Of a DNA stretch of 64,000 bases, positions 31,746 through 40,261 are shown piece by piece. This DNA is from an uncultured Bacteroidales bacterium (GTDB taxonomy: Bacteria > Bacteroidota > Bacteroidia > Bacteroidales > VadinHA17): positions 9,537-73,536 of the forward strand of contig CAVUJY010000011.1 of assembly GCA_963741935.1 (NCBI GenBank), read 5' to 3'. A program made the translations under genes and the position numbers. Numbering within the stretch: the first letter of the stretch is position 1; each line of letters opens with the position of its first letter. The notes below the pieces were generated by a model. The model worked only from the letters and a program-made list of their open reading frames with translations, was not told where the DNA came from and did not search any database.

Positions 31746-32495
31746 ATGCTTAATACTTTAAAAATACTTCAACATCAGGGAAAACAATATATTCCGGACC
31801 TTAGAAATGCCAAAGTTCCTGGTATATTCAGGGGTCGTCCTGAAATTAGTCTGGAAACAGTTGATACCAGGGCTTTAATGGATGTCTGTCCCACAGATGC
31901 AATATATACAGATCCTGTCAGGATAGATCTTGGAAAATGTACTTTCTGTGGAGAATGTGCAAGATTATTTCCTTCGAAGATCCGTTTTACAACAGACTTT
32001 AAGCTCTCCTCGAATGACAGGGCAAGGCTTATTATATCCGAAGGATCTGTTAGTCCGGTAGAAATTGACCCGGCCAAAGTAAGGAAGGAGATCAGGAAAA
32101 TATTTGGTGGTTCACTCAAGCTAAGGCAGGTGTCGGCTGGAGGAGACAACAGTTGTGAACTTGAATTAAATGCTGCGGGCAATGTGAACTTTGATATGGG
32201 ACGTTATGGAATTGAGTTTGTAGCTTCTCCACGACATGCAGATGGAATTGTAATCACAGGTCCTGTTTCAAGAAATATGGCAGAACCACTTCAGATAACC
32301 TATGATGCCATACCTTCACCTAAACTAATAATACTTGTTGGTACTGATGCAATCAGTGGTGGAATATTTCAGGGAAGCCCTGCAATCGACAGAAAATTTA
32401 TTGAAGAAAACCATATCGATCTCTATATTCCCGGGAATCCGGTTCATCCTCTGACCTTTATAAATGGAATAATGGATTTGCTGGGTATTAAGTAA
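31746..32495 (+). CDS. NuoB/HycG-like small subunit with an N-terminal half-ferredoxin, proximal-cluster ligands mostly lost
   Basis: FVASPRHADGIVITGPVS and GTDAISGGIF are NuoB-family motifs. It reads VSAGGDNSCELE instead of DCGGCNGCEIE, GTDA instead of GACG, and PGNPVHP instead of PGCPPTP. The N-terminus has CPTDAI and CTFCGECARLFP. Confidence 0.8.
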   Translation: MLNTLKILQHQGKQYIPDLRNAKVPGIFRGRPEISLETVDTRALMDVCPTDAIYTDPVRIDLGKCTFCGECARLFPSKIRFTTDFKLSSNDRARLIISEGSVSPVEIDPAKVRKEIRKIFGGSLKLRQVSAGGDNSCELELNAAGNVNFDMGRYGIEFVASPRHADGIVITGPVSRNMAEPLQITYDAIPSPKLIILVGTDAISGGIFQGSPAIDRKFIEENHIDLYIPGNPVHPLTFINGIMDLLGIK

Positions 32496-32536
32496 TCAAG
32501 AATTATCTCCCAATCTCCCTCTTTTCTTCAATATGC

Positions 32537-32612
32537 GCCGTTATGCCGTTTTATGCCGTTACGCCGTTATGCCTTACCCTGAGCTTGCCGTAAGGGTACG
32601 CCGTTACGCCTT
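32537..32612. repeat. tandem GCCGTT word-stutter repeat abutting the ggt stop codon
   Basis: Five exact GCCGTT units (32537, 32545, 32555, 32563, 32600), mostly in an 8-nt AYGCCGTT register. There are also three variants (GCCTT twice, GCCGTA). An embedded 6-bp hairpin is TACCCT (32575-80) / AGGGTA (32593-98). Confidence 0.7.
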
Positions 32613-34301
32613 TTAATACCCCGATGCCTGTCCGTCCTTTCTTGCTTCAGAAGCTCCAAACCATACCTTATTCTTATCATCCCACATAATAGCCTGATAG
32701 CCTCCATATCCACCGAGATCCCATTGTACAACATGTCCCATATTGATAAGTTTCTGAATCACTTCCCATCGGAATCCACTTTCGAGAAGTAATGTCCCCC
32801 CATTTGTCATTACCTGACCTGTTGGTTCTGATGATCCTACGTGATGCATCCTTGGTGCATCACCTGCTTCCTGAAGGTTCATTTTGAAGTCAACAAGGTT
32901 AACAACAATCTGAACATGTCCCTGTGGTTGCATATCGCCTCCCATTACACCAAAACTTATAAAGGGTTTGTTATTCTTTGTGATAAAGGCTGGAATTATT
33001 GTATGAAAGGGTCTTTTCCCTGGTGCATAAACATTATTATGACCTTCTTCCAGACTGAACATCTCACCTCTGTCCTGAAGAATAAACCCAAGTCCGGTAG
33101 GGCACATACCAGAGCCCATTCCACGATAGTTACTCTGTATCAGCGAAACCATATTTCCGTACTTATCAGCCACAGTCAGATATATTGTATTTCCGGCTTC
33201 AATCTTTCCGGCATCATAGATCTTTGCAGCTTTATTCATATCGATAAGCTTACGTCTTTCAGCTGCATAGCTTTTTGAGATAAGCTGACTTACAGGTATT
33301 TTAGCAAAAACGGGGTCTGCATAATATTTAGCACGGTCCTCGAAAACAAGTTTTTTTGTTTCTGTAAAAAGATGGATGTATTCTGCTGATCCAAAACCCA
33401 TCTCAGCAATATCATAGCCTTCAAGTATATTCAGCATCTGAAGTGCAGCGATTCCCTGTCCGTTTGGAGGTAGTTCCCATACCTGGTAGCCTCTGTATGT
33501 CGTACTTACTGGTTCAACCCATTCAGAATGGTGCCTCGACATGTCATCATAGGATAGAAAACCACCCTGTTTTTTCATAAACGCATCAATGTCCCTGGCA
33601 ATGCTTCCCCTGTAAAACTCATTTCTTCCACCTTTAACAATTTTTTCCAGTGTATTTGCAAGGAGAGGGTTTTTGAATATTTCTCCTTTCGACGGAGCTT
33701 TGCCTCCTGGCATGTAGACTTCTTTAATATTAGGATATTCTTTAAGTATTTCTGTTCCTTTATCGAGATAGTATGCAATAACTTCACTAACAGGAAAACC
33801 TTCTCTGGCATAGCTGATTGCAGGTTGAAGGATGTCTTTTATCGGCAGTTTTCCGAACATTTCATGCATTTCGAACCAGCCATCAACACAACCGGGTACC
33901 GAAACAGGCAAGGGACCATATTTTGGAATAAATTCGAAGCCGTTGTCCTTGAAATATTCAAGTTTGAGTGAGCGTGGTGATTTCCCGCTGGCATTAAGAC
34001 CATATAATTTTCCTTTATCAGCGCTCCATATTATTGCAAACAGATCACCTCCAATCCCTGATCCTGTCGGCTCCACAACACCAAGAACAGCATTTGCTGC
34101 AATTGCTGCGTCAATGGCATTACCTCCCTTTTTCAGTATGTCGAGGGCCGCCTGTGTAGCCAGTGGCTGACTGGTTGCAGCCATTCCGTTTCGGGCGATC
34201 ACTTCTGACCTGGTTGCAAAGTCTCTTCCTGTAATCCTGTCCTGAGCATAGGAAAGAAACGGAAGCATGATAGCAAATAGTAGTGTAATTATTCTTTTCA
34301 T
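32613..34301 (-). CDS. ggt: gamma-glutamyltransferase
   Basis: 562 aa with a signal peptide. GSGIGGDLFAII, an autoprocessing-site-like GNTIYLTVADKYGNMVS, and GVMGGDMQPQGH. Confidence 0.9.
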   Translation of the reverse strand: MKRIITLLFAIMLPFLSYAQDRITGRDFATRSEVIARNGMAATSQPLATQAALDILKKGGNAIDAAIAANAVLGVVEPTGSGIGGDLFAIIWSADKGKLYGLNASGKSPRSLKLEYFKDNGFEFIPKYGPLPVSVPGCVDGWFEMHEMFGKLPIKDILQPAISYAREGFPVSEVIAYYLDKGTEILKEYPNIKEVYMPGGKAPSKGEIFKNPLLANTLEKIVKGGRNEFYRGSIARDIDAFMKKQGGFLSYDDMSRHHSEWVEPVSTTYRGYQVWELPPNGQGIAALQMLNILEGYDIAEMGFGSAEYIHLFTETKKLVFEDRAKYYADPVFAKIPVSQLISKSYAAERRKLIDMNKAAKIYDAGKIEAGNTIYLTVADKYGNMVSLIQSNYRGMGSGMCPTGLGFILQDRGEMFSLEEGHNNVYAPGKRPFHTIIPAFITKNNKPFISFGVMGGDMQPQGHVQIVVNLVDFKMNLQEAGDAPRMHHVGSSEPTGQVMTNGGTLLLESGFRWEVIQKLINMGHVVQWDLGGYGGYQAIMWDDKNKVWFGASEARKDGQASGY

Positions 34302-34341
34302 AAAGTAGTGTTATTGATACAAAGGTAAAAAACAACAGGCA

Positions 34342-35050
34342 TTATTTTGCCATTGCTTCAGCTTTTAATGCCGGGGGCATCTTTTCAATTGAATATCTTA
34401 GAGCTGTCCTTGGCATTGTTGATTTATTCCTGATTACATATTCATACACTTCCTGCTGATGTGCCTGGCTGGCAGCTTTTAGCATCCAGCCATATCCTTT
34501 CTGTACCATGTCGTCCTTGTCAGAATGCAGAATATCAGCTATATCAAAGATATCGTTTAAAAATTGTCCATTACGGGCAGGAACTATTAATGATACGGCA
34601 GCGGCTCGTTTTACCCACCGATTATCAGATGTTGCCCATTTTTTCAACCCTGAAATAAGATAAGGATACATTTCAACTATAGTTCCTACTGTATGATTAC
34701 AAAGAGTATCGCACGATGCCCAGTTTCCTACATAGTTGTTTACCCATTTCTCAAAAATTTCAAAATCGCCAGGCTGGTATTCATTTCCTTAAATTATAAG
34801 ACCAGTTGCATGCAACAAATGATTCTTCCATTATGCCTGATTTCCATAAAGAATCGCATAAAGAAAATATTTTGGATTTGTTTTTGTCCTCCAGCATTTT
34901 ATAATGATCCTTACTTATCCGGATAACCACTGCCGACTTGATACCATACATTTTTACTGCTTCTTTGAAGAATCTTTCTCCTGATAATTTTGTTTTTTCA
35001 TCAGCATTTCTGATCAATTCCTTTCTTAAATTTTCTATAATATTTGCCAT
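34342..35050 (-). pseudogene. DNA alkylation repair protein (AlkD-like HEAT repeats), one frameshift
   Basis: N-terminal ORF 34781-35050 (LRKELIRNADEKTKLSGERFFKE) and C-terminal ORF 34342-34671 (RWVKRAAAVSLIVPARNG...KGYGWMLKAAS). The linking segment EYQPGDFEIFEKWVNNYVGNWASCDTLCNH can be read in a shifted frame around 34680-34790. Confidence 0.75.
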
Positions 35051-35219
35051 GACAATTTTTTGCTTTATGATGAGGCTCAGAATATAAAAATCTAAACAAA
35101 GTTAAACCCATATTTTCAGTATATTGAGTTCTCTTTAAAAATCTTTGCTGAAAATACTTATTAAAGCTTCTGTCTTTTTAATAAATTAGCGTCGTATTAA
35201 TTAAATGCATTTTGCTGAC

Positions 35220-37278
35220 ATGAAACACTTGCCAAAACGTTTAATCCTGATCCTTATGATAATTTTAGGTCTTGACGCATGTAAAAATGAGAAACAACCA
35301 GATCCTGTAGCTGCTGATGATTTTAAATATTTTGTTGAACAGTTTGAAGATATCAGGGTTCTTAAGTATAAAGTTCCCGGTTTTGAATCTCTCTCTTTGC
35401 AACAGAAAAAATATATATACTACCTGAGTCAGGCAGCTTTATCCGGAAGAGATATTCTCTGGGATCAAAATTTCAAATACAACCTTCTTATCAGAAAAAC
35501 AATTGAGACGGTAATTGATAGTTATACCGGAGATAAGGAAGATCCTGAATATAAGTTGTTTCTTGTTTATGCAAAGCGTGTTTTCTTTGCAAACGGAATC
35601 CATCATCACTATTCAAGTGATAAGTTTAAACCCGGATTTCCGGAAGCTTATTTTGCTACCCTTTTAAAAGGAAGCGATAAATTGAAACTGCCATTGGCCA
35701 AAGGTCAGACTGTTGACCAGCTTATTAAATTTCTGACTCCTGTTTTGTTTGATGAAAACCTTTATGCCCGAAAAGTAGAACAGCGTGAAGGTTATGATCT
35801 TGTTGCCGGATCTGCCTCAAATTTTTATGAAGGAGTTACACAAAAAGAGGCCGAAGATTTTTATGCCGGGAAAACTGATCCGAAGAATACCCAGCCAGTT
35901 TCTATAGGACTTAACTCAAAGCTTGTGAAAAAAGACGGCAAGATAACTGAAGAGGTTTATAAATCAGGTGGACTATACGGACCTGCTATTGATAAAATAA
36001 TCTACTGGCTTGAGAAAGCAATTCCTGAGGCAGAAACTGAAACTCAAAAAACTGAATTAAAGCTCTTGATTGATTATTACAAAACCGGTGACCTTAAAAA
36101 ATGGGATGAGTATAATGTGGCATGGGCTCAAAATACTGAATCTATGGTAGATTATATCAATGGTTTTATTGAGAATTATGAAGATCCTATGGGAATGAAA
36201 GCTACCTGGGAAGCCATTGTTGATTATACAGATATTGAAGCTTCCAAAAGAACAGCAATAATTACTGCAAATGCACAATGGTTTGAAGATAATTCACCTA
36301 TTCAGCCTAAATACAGAAAAGAAAAGGTTACTGGTGTTGCTGCCAAGGTGATAGATATTGCAATGCTTGGAGGCGACTGCTTTCCTGCTTCTCCGTTGGG
36401 TATAAACCTGCCAAATGCTGACTGGATAAGGAAAGAGGTTGGTTCAAAATCAGTAACTCTGGCAAATATTACAAATGCCTATAACATAGCCTCGCAGGGA
36501 AATGGTTTTCTTGAAGAATTTGCTGCCAGTCCTGCCGAAGTGGAGCGGGTTAAAAAATATGGAGCAATTTCAGATGCTTTACATACCGACCTGCATGAAT
36601 GTGTTGGACATGCAAGCGGAAAACTTGCAGAAGGAACAGATCCTAATGCACTTAAGAACTATTCATCAACGCTTGAGGAGGCAAGAGCTGATCTGTTCGC
36701 ACTTTATTATATGATGGATAAAAAGATAATTAAAGCTTGGCCTCTTGCCAGACATGGAAGCTGCTGAAGCTGCTTATGATTCATACCTGCGTAACGGATT
36801 GCTTACACAGATTGTAAGGATCAAACCCGGCAAAGATATTGAAGAAGCACATATGCGCAACAGGGCCCTCATTAGTCGTTGGGTATTTGAAAAAGGAAAA
36901 GCGGATAATGTAGTTGAGTTTTTTAAAAGGGACGGTAAAACCTATGTAAAGATTAATGATTATAAAAAGCTAAGGATTCTTTTCGGTGATTTATTAAAGG
37001 AGATTCAGCGAATTAAGTCGGAAGGCGATTTTGCTGCAGGTAAAAAATTAGTTGAAGATTATGGTGTGAAGATTGATCCTCAGTTGCATACAGAAATACT
37101 TGCCAGGTATGAAAAACTTAACCTGGCTCCATATACAGGGTTTGTTAATCCTTATATATTTGCTTCAGTTAATATGGATGGAGATATTGTTGATATAAAA
37201 CTCAGCTATATAGATGATTATCTGAGTGAAATGATGTTTTACGGGAAAAATTATTCTTTTCTTCCTGTAAATAACTGA
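35220..37278 (+). pseudogene. dipeptidyl-peptidase III (M49 family) lipoprotein, one frameshift
   Basis: Lipobox LILMIILGLDAC. Zinc motifs HECVGH and EEARADL. ORFs 35205-36767 and 36745-37278 overlap in different frames. The total of about 685 aa fits bacteroidetal DPP III. Confidence 0.8.
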
Positions 37279-37282
37279 TAGG

Positions 37283-37427
37283 GTTTCTCGAAAATGTTTA
37301 TTAACCGCAGAGTGCGCAAAGTCTCTGCAAAGAGCGCAATGATAATACTTTTATAATTAGCGCTTTGCGAACTTTGCGTAATTCCTTTGTGAGCTTTGCG
37401 GTTAATTGAGAATGAATTCTGAGAAAC
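37283..37427. repeat. imperfect ~145-bp palindromic intergenic element built from CTTTGCG/CGCAAAG words
   Basis: Left arm GTTTCTCGAAAATGTTTATTAACCGCAGAGTGCGCAAAGTCTCTGCAAAGAGCGC. The reverse complement of the right arm is GTTTCTCAGAATTCATTCTCAATTAACCGCAAAGCTCACAAAGGAATTACGCAAAGTTCGCAAAGCGC. Both arms share TTAACCGCA cores (37301-37309 and 37398-37406). Confidence 0.7.
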
Positions 37428-37602
37428 TCTCTTGAGAATCACACTGCAATTATCAGCTCTAAAGGAGTTGAATATGTTTACAACATCGTTACAGTGCTTG
37501 AGATCAGAGAGTTAGTTTACGTGTATGTATAGAATAATAGAAAGTAATTTATGTATGTTATGTTAGGCATATTACTATGTTATACATACTACAGGATGAT
37601 CT

Positions 37603-38973
37603 TTAAAAATCAATTATCTTCTCAACCTTATTGCTTTTGAGATATTGTTTCAGGATGACCTGGATATCCTGATTGTCAAGAGAAGGTGTGATACAGTCGT
37701 GAATTGCCACCAATCCGAACCCCATTTCATTGATATTAAAATAGCCATAGCCGGCATATTTGCCATTTACTACTTTTACTGCACATCGTTCTTCCTCAGC
37801 ACGTCCTTTATCAATTATAAAAAAATTACGTCTTGATAGCATGAACTCATCCATTACAGATGCAGCCCGTTTATTGTATTCTTCAGAGGATTCCTTCCCG
37901 CAGCAAGCTCCTTTGCATATGCCCACCTGGTAATGAAAACATGCGCCTTCAGTTTCATAGAGTCCGCAAAGTTTCTGACAAAGACCAAATTTTTCCACAA
38001 GATACAGCAGTTTAGATTTTGTTTTATCCTTTGAAGTGAAAACCGATACCGGAATTTCATCATCATTAATCTGACCATAACGGTAGTTAATATATCCCTT
38101 CATATCGGTAAAACTGAATATTCCCCACTGGAAGCCTGTTCTTCGCTGAGCCCTGTTATACACAGGCTTATGTTTTTTTATTTCGTACGATTCCTTAAGA
38201 AGAGCGATTAGTTCACTGCCAGTTGTTTCCCAGTAAATATCAGCGATCATGTCACGCATTTCCATTGCACGGTTTGTAGAATTATTGGATAGGTGGGTAC
38301 TTACTCTCTGCTGCAGGTTGCGACTCTTTCCAATATATATAAGATCCTTATTTTCATTGTAGAAATAATATATCCCCGGCTCATCAGGTATGCTTTCAAC
38401 TTTAGCTGTGTCAAGTTTTGGATTTAGTTTTGCAATACGGGTATTTTTTAGAAGGACTGATTTGGAGCCACTAATCTCTTTGTCTTTTGCCATCAGAATC
38501 TCGAGCAGTTTAACAGTGGCCAGTGCGTCACCAGCTGCACGATGTCTCCCGTTAATAGTAATTTTAAGATCTTTACATATGTTCCCCAGACTATATGACC
38601 CGTGTCCCGGAAGTAGCTTCCTGCTTAAAGCCACAGTATCAAGTATATTTCTTTTGTAATTGAATCCCAGTGACTTAAATTCCTGTCTTATAAAAGAATA
38701 ATCAAATCTGGCATTATGTGCTACAAAGGTTCTTCCTTCAGTTAACTCAACAATTGTTTTTGCAATTTCATAGAATCTGGGCGCATCTTCAACCATTTCA
38801 TTGGTTATTCCGGTAAGGTTGGTGATGAAGTACGGAATATTTCGTTCAGGATTTACCAGTGAAACAAACTCACCTGTTATCTGGTACCCGTCATGCTGAT
38901 AAACTGCTATCTCAGTGATCTTTTCAACCTGCGCGCTTCCTCCTGTAGTCTCAATATCAATAATTGCATACAT
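37603..38973 (-). CDS. DnaQ-like 3'-5' exonuclease fused to a GIY-YIG (UvrC/Cho-like) nuclease domain
   Basis: MYAIIDIETTGG (Exo I), HNARFDYSF and H..AGDA (DEDDh). GIYYFYNENKDLIYIGKSRNLQQRVSTH (GIY-YIG). A Cys-rich segment follows: LCQKLCGLYETEGACFHYQVGICKGACCG. Confidence 0.85.
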   Translation of the reverse strand: MYAIIDIETTGGSAQVEKITEIAVYQHDGYQITGEFVSLVNPERNIPYFITNLTGITNEMVEDAPRFYEIAKTIVELTEGRTFVAHNARFDYSFIRQEFKSLGFNYKRNILDTVALSRKLLPGHGSYSLGNICKDLKITINGRHRAAGDALATVKLLEILMAKDKEISGSKSVLLKNTRIAKLNPKLDTAKVESIPDEPGIYYFYNENKDLIYIGKSRNLQQRVSTHLSNNSTNRAMEMRDMIADIYWETTGSELIALLKESYEIKKHKPVYNRAQRRTGFQWGIFSFTDMKGYINYRYGQINDDEIPVSVFTSKDKTKSKLLYLVEKFGLCQKLCGLYETEGACFHYQVGICKGACCGKESSEEYNKRAASVMDEFMLSRRNFFIIDKGRAEEERCAVKVVNGKYAGYGYFNINEMGFGLVAIHDCITPSLDNQDIQVILKQYLKSNKVEKIIDF

Positions 38974-39069
38974 CCGGGGATACTGTTTTGGAATAATGGT
39001 ACGAATATAATGAGTTTTGAGAGCTAAGTGGACTGGAGTTCGTATTTTTGTTATATAAAATTGTCAGCC

Positions 39070-39900
39070 ATGCATGAGTGTTACGGAAAAAAATTCATAC
39101 TGAACGGTGAACTATTGTCGAATGAGTTATTTGATAATTCACTTGTTTATGATGGTGATTCAATCTACGAAGTAATCAGGATGGTAAAAGGGAACCCCGT
39201 TTTTTTTGCTGACCACATGGAAAGACTCGCTGCCAGCGTGAGGCAACAGGGGAAGAATCATTTGGCAGACATTTCTTCCTTGCGACCGGCAATATTAAAT
39301 CTTTCAAGAGCGGATAAGAGGAAAGATGCAAACCTTAAGATCGTTTTTAATTATAACAATGGTTCGGAGAATTACCTTGCATATTTCATAGAACCTATTT
39401 ACCCGACTGAGGACCAATACAGCAACGGGGTAAAAGGTATACTTTATCATGCCGAGAGAAAGGACCCAGAGTCAAAGATGATAAATCATAAACTCAGGTC
39501 ATCTATCTATCATAAACTTATTCTTGAAGGAGCGTATGAAGCTTTGCTTGTAAATGAGAATAATCTTATTACTGAAGGCAGCCGTTCCAATATTTTTTTC
39601 CTCAAGGGTGATTCCCTTTATACTGCACCTGATGGACTGATTCTTAACGGTATAACCCGTAAGCATATTCTTGATATCTGTAATGAAAATAATATAAATA
39701 TAAAATTTGAATGTGTAGGAATTGATGAATTATCTGATTATGACGTAGCATTTATGACAGGTACTTCACCAATAGTCCTGCCATTCCATCATATTGGAGA
39801 TATCCCTTTTCAGGTCAGGTTACCTTTAATCAAACATTTAAGGAAGCTTTATGCTAAAAAAGCTGAGGAGAGTATTGTCCAATTCAGATCCGAATTATGA
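39070..39900 (+). CDS. class IV aminotransferase fold protein (branched-chain aminotransferase / aminodeoxychorismate lyase family)
   Basis: FFADHMERLAASV and EGSRSNIFFLKGDSLYTAPDGLILNGITR are typical class IV PLP-enzyme motifs. The internal ATG at 39070 is preferred. Confidence 0.75.
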   Translation: MHECYGKKFILNGELLSNELFDNSLVYDGDSIYEVIRMVKGNPVFFADHMERLAASVRQQGKNHLADISSLRPAILNLSRADKRKDANLKIVFNYNNGSENYLAYFIEPIYPTEDQYSNGVKGILYHAERKDPESKMINHKLRSSIYHKLILEGAYEALLVNENNLITEGSRSNIFFLKGDSLYTAPDGLILNGITRKHILDICNENNINIKFECVGIDELSDYDVAFMTGTSPIVLPFHHIGDIPFQVRLPLIKHLRKLYAKKAEESIVQFRSEL

Positions 39901-39967
39901 TTCCCCTTTAAACCTTCTGAAGGATAATTTATTATATTTGTACCAAATTAAATCTAACACCTAAAAT

Positions 39968-40261
39968 ATGGCAAGTGTACGAGAGCTTAAAAAAGATATA
40001 GATTTCCTGGTTTTCGAAGTTATTTCTGATTGTTTCGCTTACTCAAGCATTCATCCCGATACAAAATCTGATGAATTATCTGTACTGATCACAGATGCAG
40101 TTGAATTCAGAAATGATCTTATATCCCGCGTAAATAATCCTGATGGTAAGGATAATCCTAAGATTGTCAAGGCTTATTATAAATCAGTTGAAAAAGATTT
40201 AATGACGGGTGTAGATAAATTATTTACCCGGTTAAGCGAGTTGTCTAAGAGCGAGGAGTAA
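39968..40261 (+). CDS. hypothetical protein (97 aa, helical)
   Basis: Intact ORF with coding-like composition and no recognisable motif. Confidence 0.4.
   Translation: MASVRELKKDIDFLVFEVISDCFAYSSIHPDTKSDELSVLITDAVEFRNDLISRVNNPDGKDNPKIVKAYYKSVEKDLMTGVDKLFTRLSELSKSEE

Noticed and set aside
30388-32182. Antisense ORFs 30388-30852, 30801-31037, 31176-31439 and 31775-32182 inside the hyf-like genes
   Set aside because: They lie opposite strongly conserved NuoC/NuoD/NuoB-like coding sequence and have no recognisable domains.
23188-32495. Functional formate-hydrogenlyase / hydrogenase-4 (Hyf) operon
   Set aside because: Gene order and membrane subunits fit. But the large subunit has AGDS and DLSYCG in place of the CxxC NiFe motifs, and the small subunit has lost three of four cluster cysteines. 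No hyp, FDH or HyfA genes are present in the window.
32841-34170. ORFs 32841-33278 and 33832-34170 on the plus strand within ggt
   Set aside because: They are shadow ORFs of an intact, motif-rich gamma-glutamyltransferase on the minus strand.
37251-37442. 63-aa ORF within the palindromic element
   Set aside because: It lies entirely in the repeat/palindrome, and its composition is dictated by the CGCAAAG words.
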